From contig CAVXJH010000006.1 of the NCBI GenBank assembly GCA_963762115.1, positions 448,001 to 512,000 on the forward strand: 64,000 bases of DNA, written 5' to 3'. The translations under genes and the position numbers were made by a program. Positions 39,506 to 49,455 of this stretch are shown piece by piece; position 1 is the stretch's first letter, and the number at the start of each line of letters is the position of its first letter. The notes below the pieces were generated by a model, which made no database searches, was not told the DNA's origin, and was given only the letters and a program-made list of their open reading frames with translations. The DNA is from Candidatus Babeliales bacterium. GTDB taxonomy: Bacteria; Babelota; Babeliae; Babelales; JANWKD01.

Positions 39506-40678
39506 TTATTTTGAAATAGTTAGTTTTTTTAAAATTTTATTAAGAATAATGATTAATCCTCCATCGCTCATGACATTTGCTGCTGTTCCGAAACTATCCT
39601 GCAATAAATATAGTGTGTGGATGATTCCCTCCATAGCAGGATCAAATCCTAAAATAGAACGTAAGAGGGGTAATATTACAATAATACCTCCTCCTGGGAC
39701 TCCAGAAATGGCAAACATGGCCATGCAAAAATAAAAGATAAACCAAGAAAATGAGAGTAGCGATGGCAAAGATCCTGTGAAAATTAACATAGTCATTAAA
39801 GCAAACATGGGCACCGTGATAGCATCGCCCGTAAGATGAAAATTGGCCATAATTGGCACTGAAAGATCAACTAATGCATTATCATTAACATTTTTTTTAG
39901 TAACATTTAAGGTAACTGGTATAGAGGCAACACTTGACATAGTGCTAAAGGCAGTGAAGTAACTTGGTAAAGCATTTTTGAGTGCATGAAAACATTTGTT
40001 ATACGAAAAACCTGAACCAATAAAATAGAGCAAGGTTATATATAAAAATTGTAGCAATAGTATGATAACAAAAATTTTACCATATTGAGTAAAGAGGGCA
40101 GCAAATGATCCTTCATAGTGGAGTTGCAGCATAAACCCTACAACATACAGAGGGACACAGGGGATAAATATTTTTACAAGAAATTGCTCTAATAGTCTCT
40201 TGCAATAGTTAATTGATTTTTCAACGGTGCTATTGTGTAGGTAAGAAAAAAAACAACCGGTCACGAGCGCTGCGAGCATTGCATTTTGCGCGCAAAAGGG
40301 TAACGGTATGCTTAATGAAAAATATGGTTGTAATATTTTTGTGGTAGTTTCAAAATTTTGTATGGGTTCTTGGTGAAGAAACCCTAAAACTCCATTACCA
40401 ATAAGTGTGGCAAGAAAGCTTGCAAAAAGATTAGAGAGTACGATAGCTAATACTATAATGCTTAACACGAATGGAACGCTTTTTCTTTTGAAAGAAAAAA
40501 TGGCCGCAACGATAAAAATGAAAACCATAAAAGGAACAAGGGCTGCCAATAATTCTTTGAAAAGCAAACTAAAGGTATAAAAAGCTCGTATGCAAAATAA
40601 TGGTAGAATATTGCCAAAAATGATAATGCCACATGCAATTAATAATAATTGTACAGGCAAAGAAACTTTACTGTTCAT
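39506..40678 (-). CDS. dicarboxylate/amino acid:cation symporter (DAACS/SDF, SstT-like)
   Basis: AFSTMSSVASIPVT, NFHLTGD, ISGVPGGG, DSFGTAANVMSD motifs. Confidence 0.9.
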   Translation of the reverse strand: MNSKVSLPVQLLLIACGIIIFGNILPLFCIRAFYTFSLLFKELLAALVPFMVFIFIVAAIFSFKRKSVPFVLSIIVLAIVLSNLFASFLATLIGNGVLGFLHQEPIQNFETTTKILQPYFSLSIPLPFCAQNAMLAALVTGCFFSYLHNSTVEKSINYCKRLLEQFLVKIFIPCVPLYVVGFMLQLHYEGSFAALFTQYGKIFVIILLLQFLYITLLYFIGSGFSYNKCFHALKNALPSYFTAFSTMSSVASIPVTLNVTKKNVNDNALVDLSVPIMANFHLTGDAITVPMFALMTMLIFTGSLPSLLSFSWFIFYFCMAMFAISGVPGGGIIVILPLLRSILGFDPAMEGIIHTLYLLQDSFGTAANVMSDGGLIIILNKILKKLTISK

Positions 40679-40820
40679 AAAGATCTTTCTTTATTTAAAA
40701 TATGTATAACAAATCTTATCAGCAACAAAATTATTTGATTAAAGGTAATAATCTTCTCAAGTTGTTGATGAATGAACTTAGTATTAAAAAAATGATTGTG
40801 GGGAAAATATATATACTGCC

Positions 40821-40961
40821 TTAGGCAGTTGTAGTTGTAGTTTTTGATGTTGCTTTAGTTGTTAAAGCAAAGAATGCAGAAAAAATAGAAGTATTGATTA
40901 CTTCTTGATTGCGAAAAATCGGTAGAGAGAATTGGGCGTTATCTAGTTTAAAGCAACGCAT
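40821..40961 (-). CDS. Thr-rich leader peptide (46 aa, not in ORF track)
   Basis: AAGGAG SD then ATG: MRCFKLDNAQFSLPIFRNQEVINTSIFSAFFALTTKATSKTTTTTA*; lies between a promoter and the symporter. Confidence 0.7.
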   Translation of the reverse strand: MRCFKLDNAQFSLPIFRNQEVINTSIFSAFFALTTKATSKTTTTTA

Positions 40962-41003
40962 TGCAAACTCCTTATGTTTTGCAAAAAAAATACATTTATT
41001 AAA

Positions 41004-41032
41004 ATTATATTGTTTCTACAAAAATAAGTCAA
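41004..41032 (-). promoter_or_regulatory. sigma70 promoter for leader peptide/symporter
   Basis: Minus strand TTGACT (41032-41027), 17 nt, TATAAT (41009-41004). Confidence 0.8.
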
Positions 41033-41064
41033 TTCTTTTTTGTTATATTTCTAAATGGAAATTA

Positions 41065-42894
41065 TTAAAGATCTGTATCCTGTTGATGTTCTTGTGCTTG
41101 TTTTTCCCATAGGCGAGCATAAAGAGCATTATTTTTGAGAAGTTCCCTGTGTGAGCCTTGCTCAACAATGGAACCATGTTCAAGGACAATGATGCTATCG
41201 GCATGGGTGACGGTTGAAAGACGATGAGCAATAATGAGCGTTGTTGATCCAGATGATATTTCTTCAAGATTTTTCTGTATTTCTTGTTCGGTTCTTGTAT
41301 CAAGAGCAGAAGTTGCTTCATCAAAAATATAAATTACGGGGTGATGAAGGAGGACCCGTGCAATTGCTACACGTTGTTTTTCACCGCCTGATAATTTTAA
41401 TCCACGTTCGCCAACCATGGTATTGAGGCCATCAGGTAATTTTTTAATAAAATTTTCTAAATGAGACAAACGAACTGCTTTTTCAACTTCTTCTTTTGTG
41501 GCAGATGGTTTGCCATAGGCAATGTTATAATATAATGAATTATTGAAAAGTACCGTATCTTGAGGAACGATACCCATAATTTTTTGGAGAGCTTCTTGTT
41601 TGATTGCACGAATATCATAATCATTAATGAGAATGCTTCCTTGGGTAATATCGTAAAATCTGAATAATAAGCGCGCAATGGTTGATTTTCCTGAACCAGT
41701 TGGTCCAACAATGGCAACGGTGTGTCCAGCGGGGACAACAAATGAGACATCTTTTAGGATAGGTCTTCTGGAATCATACCCAAAAAATACATGATTAAAG
41801 GTGATGGTGGCAGTGTCAATTTTTGGATTTAATGCGTTGGGTGCATCAGTGATTTCTGGTTTTAATTGTAATAAATTAAAAACCGCTTCCATATCAGTCA
41901 AGCCTTTACGAATTTTTCGCAATACGTAACCAAACCAACTTAAAGGGGTTACAAATTGAAGAAGGTAGCCATTTACTAAAATAAAATCACTCACATTCAT
42001 AGTGCCTTTAATGACATTGTTCCCAGTCATCCAGGTTAATGTTATTAACCCTATTCCTAGAACCACTCCTTGGCCTAGATGCACTAATTCTGTGGTAACG
42101 TGATATGCCGTTGTTGTATCTTCGCGTTCTTTAAGAATGCGATTTGTTTGATCATATTCAAATCGTTGATTGCAAAAATATTTGACTGTTTCAAAGTTGA
42201 GTAAACTATCAACAACGCGAGCTCCGGCATTGAGATTCTTCTCATTAGAAATTCTTTGTGCATTTGTTGACCATTCCATGCTAATGGAACTGAAAATTAT
42301 ATAACTGACTAAAATTGAAAAAAGAGTTAGGCCATACATTGCACCATATAAATACCATAAAATGGTGACTGCTACCAAAATTTCAGTAACAGTAGGAATG
42401 ATTGAAAGAAAAATACCTGAAAAAATATCAGGAAATCCATCTTGAGCTTTTTCAATGGCACTCGTAATTGCGCCAGTTTTTCGCTCTAGATGAAATCGTA
42501 ATGATAATACATGAAAATGATTAAATAATTTTAAACTGAGCAATCTAATGCCATGTTCCATAACCCGAAACATTACTAATTCTCTCATTTGCACCGTTAT
42601 CTGACTAAGCATCCATAAAACACCGTATGCTAAAAGAAAAAATTGGGTGACATACATTGAGTCTTTTGGTGTTTCAAAAAGAGAAATTAATTTTTTTAAA
42701 ACCAAAGGAATGCTTAAATTAAGTGCTATGCTTATAAAAATAAACAGAATAGAAATACCAATGCGCATGCGTAGGCGCCAATCTGAAATCCACAAATAAG
42801 GCAGCAATTGAAAAATAACTTTGTAGGGGCTCACTTTTTTTTTGTGATGAGCAGCTGAAGGCGCGGCGATATCCTTCTCATCTATTTTTTTCAT
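41065..42894 (-). CDS. ABC exporter, ATM1/ABCB7 (HMT) type, fused permease-ATPase
   Basis: LRFHLERKTG, DSLLNFETVKYF, GPTGSGKST, VGERGLKLSGGEKQR, DEATSALD. Confidence 0.92.
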   Translation of the reverse strand: MKKIDEKDIAAPSAAHHKKKVSPYKVIFQLLPYLWISDWRLRMRIGISILFIFISIALNLSIPLVLKKLISLFETPKDSMYVTQFFLLAYGVLWMLSQITVQMRELVMFRVMEHGIRLLSLKLFNHFHVLSLRFHLERKTGAITSAIEKAQDGFPDIFSGIFLSIIPTVTEILVAVTILWYLYGAMYGLTLFSILVSYIIFSSISMEWSTNAQRISNEKNLNAGARVVDSLLNFETVKYFCNQRFEYDQTNRILKEREDTTTAYHVTTELVHLGQGVVLGIGLITLTWMTGNNVIKGTMNVSDFILVNGYLLQFVTPLSWFGYVLRKIRKGLTDMEAVFNLLQLKPEITDAPNALNPKIDTATITFNHVFFGYDSRRPILKDVSFVVPAGHTVAIVGPTGSGKSTIARLLFRFYDITQGSILINDYDIRAIKQEALQKIMGIVPQDTVLFNNSLYYNIAYGKPSATKEEVEKAVRLSHLENFIKKLPDGLNTMVGERGLKLSGGEKQRVAIARVLLHHPVIYIFDEATSALDTRTEQEIQKNLEEISSGSTTLIIAHRLSTVTHADSIIVLEHGSIVEQGSHRELLKNNALYARLWEKQAQEHQQDTDL

Positions 42895-42927
42895 GGCTCA
42901 TCCTATTTTTAGTAAGTTAGTATATCA

Positions 42928-43899
42928 TTATTTTTGCTTTTTTGATGAATAAATTTCAAGAGTTTTGTTTTCAAGCGCGATTGTAACGCATAAAGTTGCA
43001 AAGGTGATCTCTTTATACGCGACCGTATCAGAAAAAGCAGTAATTATTATTTCTTTGGTTGGAGAAGTAGTTTTTGTGTGTAGGCGGTTTATGAGAGTTT
43101 TATTTTTTTCAAGTGCGCGTCTCATAAAGCCGTAAGAGCGTAATAATTTTTTATCAGCCGTTCCCTGCCAATTTGGCATATAAAAATTTTTAATGGTGCA
43201 CAGTTGGCAGATTTTTTCCACACATTCAAAGGTCATTATACTTGGTTGCAAAATAATTAAATTGCGCATGTTTGTGGTGCCAAAATGTTGATTGAGCGTT
43301 GGTAGTAACGTGAATTCTATCCAAGATGGGGTCGAGATTTTTCTGCCAAGAACTCCTGGATCAATAAGGGTTATTGTTTTGTCTTTTTTTATCACGGTGA
43401 TGATGCCGCCATTGCATGGTATTTCAAGATAAGGTTGCTGGGTAAAATTGGGTTGATGTTTTAAAAATACGCTGATTAGTAATAACAAAATAAATAAAGC
43501 AGCGCTGTTTAAAAGTGTTGCCGCAATTCTCTTATAATAAAGAATTCCTAAAGCGCTGATTGGTATTATCATGAGCAATAAAGATGAAGGCTTAGCAAAG
43601 CTGATAAGCCATGAAGGACTTCCGAAGTTGATGAGCCAAAGCCATAATGCCGTTATTTTTTCAAGTACATAAATGAACCATGTATTGGGAATATACAATA
43701 GTTCTAAAAAAAAGATGTTTGCAGAAATAAAGAGAAATGCCATTAAGAATGGCAAAAAAACTAGATTGCCAATTGGTGAAGCTAGAGAAAGAGGTAATCC
43801 CCAAGCAATGAGTATTGGCATAGAAATGAGCGTTAAAAAGAGTTGTATTTGAACAAAGTTCAACAACCAATGTAAGATTGATTGAGTAGTAATTTTCAA
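42928..43899 (-). CDS. ComEC/Rec2-like membrane protein (C-terminal part with degenerate MBL-like domain)
   Basis: QLFLTLISMPIL...SLASPIGNLVFLP resembles the ComEC competence domain; later TLIDPG but no HxHxDH. Confidence 0.5.
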   Translation of the reverse strand: MKITTQSILHWLLNFVQIQLFLTLISMPILIAWGLPLSLASPIGNLVFLPFLMAFLFISANIFFLELLYIPNTWFIYVLEKITALWLWLINFGSPSWLISFAKPSSLLLMIIPISALGILYYKRIAATLLNSAALFILLLLISVFLKHQPNFTQQPYLEIPCNGGIITVIKKDKTITLIDPGVLGRKISTPSWIEFTLLPTLNQHFGTTNMRNLIILQPSIMTFECVEKICQLCTIKNFYMPNWQGTADKKLLRSYGFMRRALEKNKTLINRLHTKTTSPTKEIIITAFSDTVAYKEITFATLCVTIALENKTLEIYSSKKQK

Positions 43900-43984
43900 G
43901 ATGGCTTACGAGTGAAATAATTTTTTTGAAACTTTAAATGGTATAAGTAGAGTATAGCAGTATTGTTTCTTTTTGTCTAAAACA

Positions 43985-45751
43985 CTAAAGATTATTTTCT
44001 TTTTTCTTTCTTTTTAAGCGAGAGCGTATAGGCTGTGGTAAGGCGGTAAAGAGCGCTTTGGTTTGTTCTGACGCATTAATATATTGTTCAATTTTTAATT
44101 CTCTATTGTTTTCTGTAATGCAGACGCAGCCATGAAGAAATGCAATGTGTTGTGCAGAAAGGTTGTGTAGGCTTTTTTTTAGATTTTCATTAATAATAGT
44201 ATGTTCTATGAAGCCTTGTTTATGGCGGGCTGCTAATACTTTGCTGTCCAGGGAAAATGTGACTGGAAATGAACAACCAGGTAAGATTTTTATAAGTTTT
44301 CCAGATTGAGAGTTAAGTATTATAATTTTATTTTTTCGTGTTGATTCTAGGGTTAACATTGAGCCATCGGGTGATATAAGCAAATGATCAATAGAGCACT
44401 TTTTTATGGGTATGATTTTATAGAGCTTTCGTTTTTTTATGTTCCAAAAACAAAGTTCATGAAGCATTTTTTTCGTTTTATTACTTTTTCTTTTTGAAAG
44501 GGAATAGAGTCTTTTTTTATCAGGAGATAAACATAAACTGGTAATCTCTCGCCGTTTAGTATGTTCTGAAGTAAAGAAATATTTTTTTACTTTGTCTTTA
44601 GTAACATTATATGTATGTATTCCTTTTCCTTGAAGAGCGAGATAAAATATTTTATTGTCTTGATCATAGGCAAATGCATGCAATTTAGTAGTGAATAATG
44701 GCATTTGTCCGTGTATAAAGGTGATTTGCTTTTTTTCATCATCATGGAGTGAATACATTTTTATATCGTTTGTCCCTATTAAAAAAAGTAAATTTTCTGA
44801 AGGTGCGTATCTGATGGATGATGTGGAAGAATGTTTTGTTTGTGTTGATCCTAAGAGAGCACTTGTCTCTAAATCGTATGCGTGTAATGATTGATTTGCA
44901 AAAAGACAAAATAATCTTTTTGTTGTTGGGCACATCCAAGAGCTATATAAATAATGATGCGTGCCAACGGGTATATCTCTTATAGCTTTATCATGCCAAA
45001 ATTTGATTGTGGAGCTGTTTGTAGGTGATTTAAATAATAAGTTATCTTGACCTGACCAATAATACCAATAATGATCGTTTTTTTCTTCCATTCTATGAAG
45101 AGTGCATTTTTGATCGAGTGTTTTCAGGAAAGATTCTATTTTAGGCGAATAAGCTATAAGTTTATTACCCAAATAGACTGAGAGATGTTGTGTATTGCAA
45201 GTATCAAGTAATGCCAATGCAGATATGATTTTATTTTTTTGTACAAGCCGTATTGTTTTTTCTGCTATATGTTCTAAACATGTTTCAAAAAGTAAGGGGA
45301 ATGCAAGAAAATCGGCTGTTTGTAATAATTCGGAAAACGTGTATGTAGATCGTTTGCTTTCTTTAAAAAATTCTTTTAGCTGACATTTTTGATGATCTTC
45401 GTTTTGTTCATTTTTTGTTATGGCTAATAATAAAGCTATTTTTTCAGCTGTTTTGAATTGTTTTTTTGAAATGTGTGATGTCGATAGACTGAGAGCAGAA
45501 TCTTGATCAAAGCTATATTGATTATGTAAAGTGCCTATATATTGAAGTTGCGGGAGATTCCATTGTGATGAATATATAATTTCTTCCTGATCATTTTCGA
45601 GATTTACCGTAATTGGCAAAATATTGTTTGCATCGCTAGAATCATCATGAATAAAATTTAATGTTTTTTGAACTGATTCCATTGCATGAGAAGATCGTGT
45701 TAATAAAAATAAGAAGAAGGCATAAAAAAGATGTCTTTTTGTTCGAATCAT
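43985..45751 (-). CDS. secreted Skp1/BTB-like + WD40 beta-propeller protein (array copy 4)
   Basis: SHA|ME signal; LLQTADFLAFPLLFETC; WD-like ITSLCLSPD...FWNI, ISPDGSML, FSLDSKVLA. Confidence 0.72.
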   Translation of the reverse strand: MIRTKRHLFYAFFLFLLTRSSHAMESVQKTLNFIHDDSSDANNILPITVNLENDQEEIIYSSQWNLPQLQYIGTLHNQYSFDQDSALSLSTSHISKKQFKTAEKIALLLAITKNEQNEDHQKCQLKEFFKESKRSTYTFSELLQTADFLAFPLLFETCLEHIAEKTIRLVQKNKIISALALLDTCNTQHLSVYLGNKLIAYSPKIESFLKTLDQKCTLHRMEEKNDHYWYYWSGQDNLLFKSPTNSSTIKFWHDKAIRDIPVGTHHYLYSSWMCPTTKRLFCLFANQSLHAYDLETSALLGSTQTKHSSTSSIRYAPSENLLFLIGTNDIKMYSLHDDEKKQITFIHGQMPLFTTKLHAFAYDQDNKIFYLALQGKGIHTYNVTKDKVKKYFFTSEHTKRREITSLCLSPDKKRLYSLSKRKSNKTKKMLHELCFWNIKKRKLYKIIPIKKCSIDHLLISPDGSMLTLESTRKNKIIILNSQSGKLIKILPGCSFPVTFSLDSKVLAARHKQGFIEHTIINENLKKSLHNLSAQHIAFLHGCVCITENNRELKIEQYINASEQTKALFTALPQPIRSRLKRKKKENNL

Positions 45752-45752
45752 T

Positions 45753-47498
45753 TTAATGTTGCCTATTTTTACCTATTAAATATGATCGTATCGATGCGGG
45801 CAATTCATCAAATAATGTACGAGTTTTTTCCGATATATTAATACATTTTTTAAATATATCACCATTTTTGTTTTCTAATATGCGAGCACAAGCATACACT
45901 AATGCAAGGTGAGGTGCTGGAAAATTATGTAAATGCTTTTTAAGACTTTCATCAGTTAGAACATGTTCTATAACGCCCTTTGCGCATCGTGTAGCTAAGG
46001 TTTTGCCATCTTGAGAAAAGGCAACAGGGTAAAAGCCTTGTTTAAATATTTTTATCATATGGCCAGATTGAGCATCAAATAAAGTAACCGGTTTTTTTTG
46101 GTCACATGCTAAAGAGAGCAATGTTCCATCAGGTGATAGAAGTAATTGATACGTATGGTTAGGTTGATAATTTTTTAAAGAAATTACTTTGGTTGGTGTA
46201 CCTTTTTCTATATTCCAAAAACGAAGTACTCCAACAGTGCATGAGTCGTTGTTATTTTTTTTTGAAAGTGAGAAAAGCGTTTTCTTGTCTTTTGATAAGC
46301 ATAAAGCCGTAAAATTGATGCTTTTGCATGAAAAGAATTGTTTTAAAGCACCATTTTCAATAGTGTATTGAAGAATTCCATTGTCTTTAAGCGCGAGATA
46401 AAAGATGAGATTATCTTCATCAAAGGCAAAACCATTGATCTCGTTAGTTGTTGTTAATGCATAGTGGTTTGAATGGATTAGTTTGCCTTCGTTAAGATGA
46501 TAACTGTAGATCACCTTGTTCTGTATAAAACATAAAATATTTTTTGATGGAGAATAGGAGAGTGATTTTGTTCCCGGTGTTGCATTTTTGCCAGCCAAAA
46601 ACGTTCCAGTTTTTAGGTCATAAAGTTGAATGGCGCCCTCAAATAAACAAAATAATTTATTTGACATAGGGCAAATATAAGACGCTTTCAGTGGAGTCCT
46701 GCTTACGGTGGAAATGGTATGCATGGTATGATCATGCCAAAAACTTATGTTTTCATGATCGAGTGATCTCAATACTAAAGAATTTGATCTATAGGGAAGA
46801 AGAAAAGAGTTTTCTCTTGGATGAAGTACCTGTTCCTGGGTTAAAGCAATAAGTAGACGACGGATTTCTGGGGAGCAATGTAATATTTGATTTCCAAGGT
46901 ATGTTAAAACATGATGATTGTCTATGTTTTCAAGTAATAAAAGTGCTTTTTGAAGCTTATTTTTTTTTATAAGATTTTTTATAGTTTGGGTTATTCTTTC
47001 TAAGCACAATTCAAAAAGCAATGGACAATCAAGAAAATCGCTGCTCTTTAAAAGATCTACAAAAATATTTATTTGTTTATTTGTTTTTTGAAGACATTCT
47101 TTTAATTGATTCTTTTGTTCTTCGCTTTGTTTTTCTTTATTTTCTTGTTCTAAACTTGCCAAGAGCATTGTTACTTTTTCAATTGTTTTTAACTGTTTTT
47201 TTGAAATGTGTGATTCTTGCAGACTCAAAGGAGCGTCAGGTTCAAACTCATATTGACTGCGCAGGTTGCCGACATAACCAAGTTGTGAGAGATTCCATTG
47301 CGATGAATAGACAATTTCCTGACGATTATTTTCGAGATTTATGGTAATGGGAATGGCTGTATCATCATGCACCAGAGCAGGCATTTTTCGATTGGATTTT
47401 TTTGTTAATTCCATTGCATGAGAATTTTGTAGTGCTAAAAATAAGAAGAGGGTAGAAAAAAGATACATTTTTGTTGTAATCATATTAATGTTTTTCAT
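45753..47498 (-). CDS. secreted Skp1/BTB-like + WD40 protein (array copy 3)
   Basis: SHA|ME; LLKSSDFLDCPLLFELC; LCLSKD...FWNI, LSPDGTLL, FSQDGKTLA. Confidence 0.72.
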   Translation of the reverse strand: MKNINMITTKMYLFSTLFLFLALQNSHAMELTKKSNRKMPALVHDDTAIPITINLENNRQEIVYSSQWNLSQLGYVGNLRSQYEFEPDAPLSLQESHISKKQLKTIEKVTMLLASLEQENKEKQSEEQKNQLKECLQKTNKQINIFVDLLKSSDFLDCPLLFELCLERITQTIKNLIKKNKLQKALLLLENIDNHHVLTYLGNQILHCSPEIRRLLIALTQEQVLHPRENSFLLPYRSNSLVLRSLDHENISFWHDHTMHTISTVSRTPLKASYICPMSNKLFCLFEGAIQLYDLKTGTFLAGKNATPGTKSLSYSPSKNILCFIQNKVIYSYHLNEGKLIHSNHYALTTTNEINGFAFDEDNLIFYLALKDNGILQYTIENGALKQFFSCKSINFTALCLSKDKKTLFSLSKKNNNDSCTVGVLRFWNIEKGTPTKVISLKNYQPNHTYQLLLSPDGTLLSLACDQKKPVTLFDAQSGHMIKIFKQGFYPVAFSQDGKTLATRCAKGVIEHVLTDESLKKHLHNFPAPHLALVYACARILENKNGDIFKKCINISEKTRTLFDELPASIRSYLIGKNRQH

Positions 47499-47716
47499 TT
47501 TTATTATTTGTAGCTACCTTCTTGTCGGAATTGGTTTATTTTTGTTATACCAGATTTGATTTCCTCTGGTAATTCATCAAAGAGCCTTTGGCTTTTTTCT
47601 GATAATTCAATTGGTTGATTGTTGAGTGCTCTTTGTGCGCAATAATCAAGTACGGCAATATGTTCTGTCGGAAGTCTGTGTAGTTTTTTATAGAGTTCTT
47701 CGTTGTAGAGATTGTT
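47454..47716. repeat. direct repeat copy A (spans gene junction)
   Basis: Near-identical to 49193-49455 (offset 1739). Confidence 0.85.
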
Positions 47717-49237
47717 TAATATAACGCCGCCGAATCCTTTTGCCGCTAATGTTTTTCCATCTGGTGCAAAATCAATATAATATTGCGAGTTATTCAAAAA
47801 AATTTTTATACAATAGCCATCTTGCGTATCAATCAATTGTATGGGGCTAGGATTTGCAAAAGATACTGCCAACATGGTGCCATCAGGCGATAATCTTAAA
47901 TGCCTTATTGGAGGGGGCATTCCATGGTATTGAATAGCTGGGTTGCATTCTATTGTTTTAAAAATTGTTTTTTTATCGATATTCCAAAAAGATATTTGTG
48001 CCTGTTCATTGCCGGAAAATAATGTTTTTCTGTCTTTTGAAAGGCAAAGTGATGTAGTCGCAAAGTTACTAAGAAATGTTTTTGATAGGCGAGGTTTATC
48101 AATTTCTAATATATCAATGCTTCCTACACAGCCTAAAAAGAGACAATTTTTTTTTGGATCGGCCGCTACTGCTCGTATATTTTTAGTATGAGTATATTCT
48201 TCCAAGATAGCAGTTAATTCTTCAGAATTTTCAGTGGTTTCATTTGGAAGATTCCATATTGAAATTTTATTTTCACCAAATATACATAAGGCTTTTTTTT
48301 CAGGTATATGCAATAAATGAGGAATTACTCTTGTTGTTTTAATGATATTCTTATGACATGGGAATTTTTCATTACAATCAAAGGTCCAAAGTAAACTATA
48401 AGGATACTGACAATAATGTATTTTGTTTTCATCGGAGAAAATTATTGATACTATTGATGTCTGAGAAGGTGTTATTTGGTATGAATCTGTATCATTAAGT
48501 AGAAGTTTTACTAGTCCTGTATTTTGAATGCAGGCTAATGATTTTCCTTCTGGAGAATAACATAATGATATTGTTTCGCCTCTAAGTTCAATTTTTTTAA
48601 ATGTGTCAGAAATGCAAGCAAGTAGTTGCTTTAAATGACGAGAATTATTTAAAAAATGATTGCCAATGGCCATTGAAAGCTCAGGAACTGTTATGCTTTC
48701 TAATAATGCTACAGCTTGGTCACTTTTATCATCTAATGATAATGATTTTGCGCGTTGATAAAGTTGATGTGCGCATGCATCAAGCAAGGGTGAGCAACTA
48801 AGAAAGTTTGCACCATTCATCAGTTCAATAGTTGCATGATCAGATTGTTTGGCATGGGTCAAACATTTTTTAAGCTGGTTTTTTTGTTTTTTTACTTGTT
48901 TTTTCGGATCTTCTTGCTCCAAAATTGCAAGAAGCATTGCTGATTTTTCAATGGTTTTTAATTGTTTTTTTGAAATTTGTGATTCTTGTAGATTCAAAGG
49001 AGCACCAGGTTCAAATTCATATTGATTATACAAGGTGCCGACATAATCAAGTTGTGAGAGATTCCATTGCGATGAATATACAATTTCTTCGCGATCATTT
49101 TCGAGATTTACCGTAATTGGCAAGAAGCCATCGTCTTGTTCTTTTTCTTCCATTGCATGAGATTGTTGAATTACTGAAAATAAGAAGAGAGCAGAAAAAA
49201 GATATATTTTTGTTGTAATGATATTAATGTTTTTCAT
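47504..49237 (-). CDS. secreted Skp1/BTB-like + WD40 protein (array copy 2)
   Basis: SHA|ME; LMNGANFLSCSPLLDAC; YSPEGKSLA, ISIWN, ISFWN, FAPDGKTLA. Confidence 0.72.
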   Translation of the reverse strand: MKNINIITTKIYLFSALFLFSVIQQSHAMEEKEQDDGFLPITVNLENDREEIVYSSQWNLSQLDYVGTLYNQYEFEPGAPLNLQESQISKKQLKTIEKSAMLLAILEQEDPKKQVKKQKNQLKKCLTHAKQSDHATIELMNGANFLSCSPLLDACAHQLYQRAKSLSLDDKSDQAVALLESITVPELSMAIGNHFLNNSRHLKQLLACISDTFKKIELRGETISLCYSPEGKSLACIQNTGLVKLLLNDTDSYQITPSQTSIVSIIFSDENKIHYCQYPYSLLWTFDCNEKFPCHKNIIKTTRVIPHLLHIPEKKALCIFGENKISIWNLPNETTENSEELTAILEEYTHTKNIRAVAADPKKNCLFLGCVGSIDILEIDKPRLSKTFLSNFATTSLCLSKDRKTLFSGNEQAQISFWNIDKKTIFKTIECNPAIQYHGMPPPIRHLRLSPDGTMLAVSFANPSPIQLIDTQDGYCIKIFLNNSQYYIDFAPDGKTLAAKGFGGVILNNLYNEELYKKLHRLPTEHIAVLDYCAQRALNNQPIELSEKSQRLFDELPEEIKSGITKINQFRQEGSYK

Positions 49238-49455
49238 TTTTATTATTTGTAGCTACCTTCTTGTCGAAATTGGTTTATTTTTGTTATACCAGATTTGATT
49301 TCCTCTGGTAATTCATCAAAGAGCCTTTGGCTTTTTTCTGATAATTCAATTGATTGATTATTGAGTGCTTTTTGTGCGCAATAATCAAGTACGGCAATGT
49401 GCTCTGCCGGAAGTCTGTGTAGTTTTTTATAGAGTTCTTCGTTGTAGAGATTGTT
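49193..49455. repeat. direct repeat copy B (spans gene junction)
   Basis: Near-identical to 47454-47716. Confidence 0.85.

Noticed and set aside
40826..40842. GTTGTA tandem repeat as a microsatellite or CRISPR remnant
   Set aside because: It is the ACA/ACT Thr codon run of the leader ORF; no spacers or cas genes
40909..41112. 67-aa plus-strand ORF
   Set aside because: TTG start, no SD, antisense to the promoter and leader peptide; the minus-strand reading explains the region better
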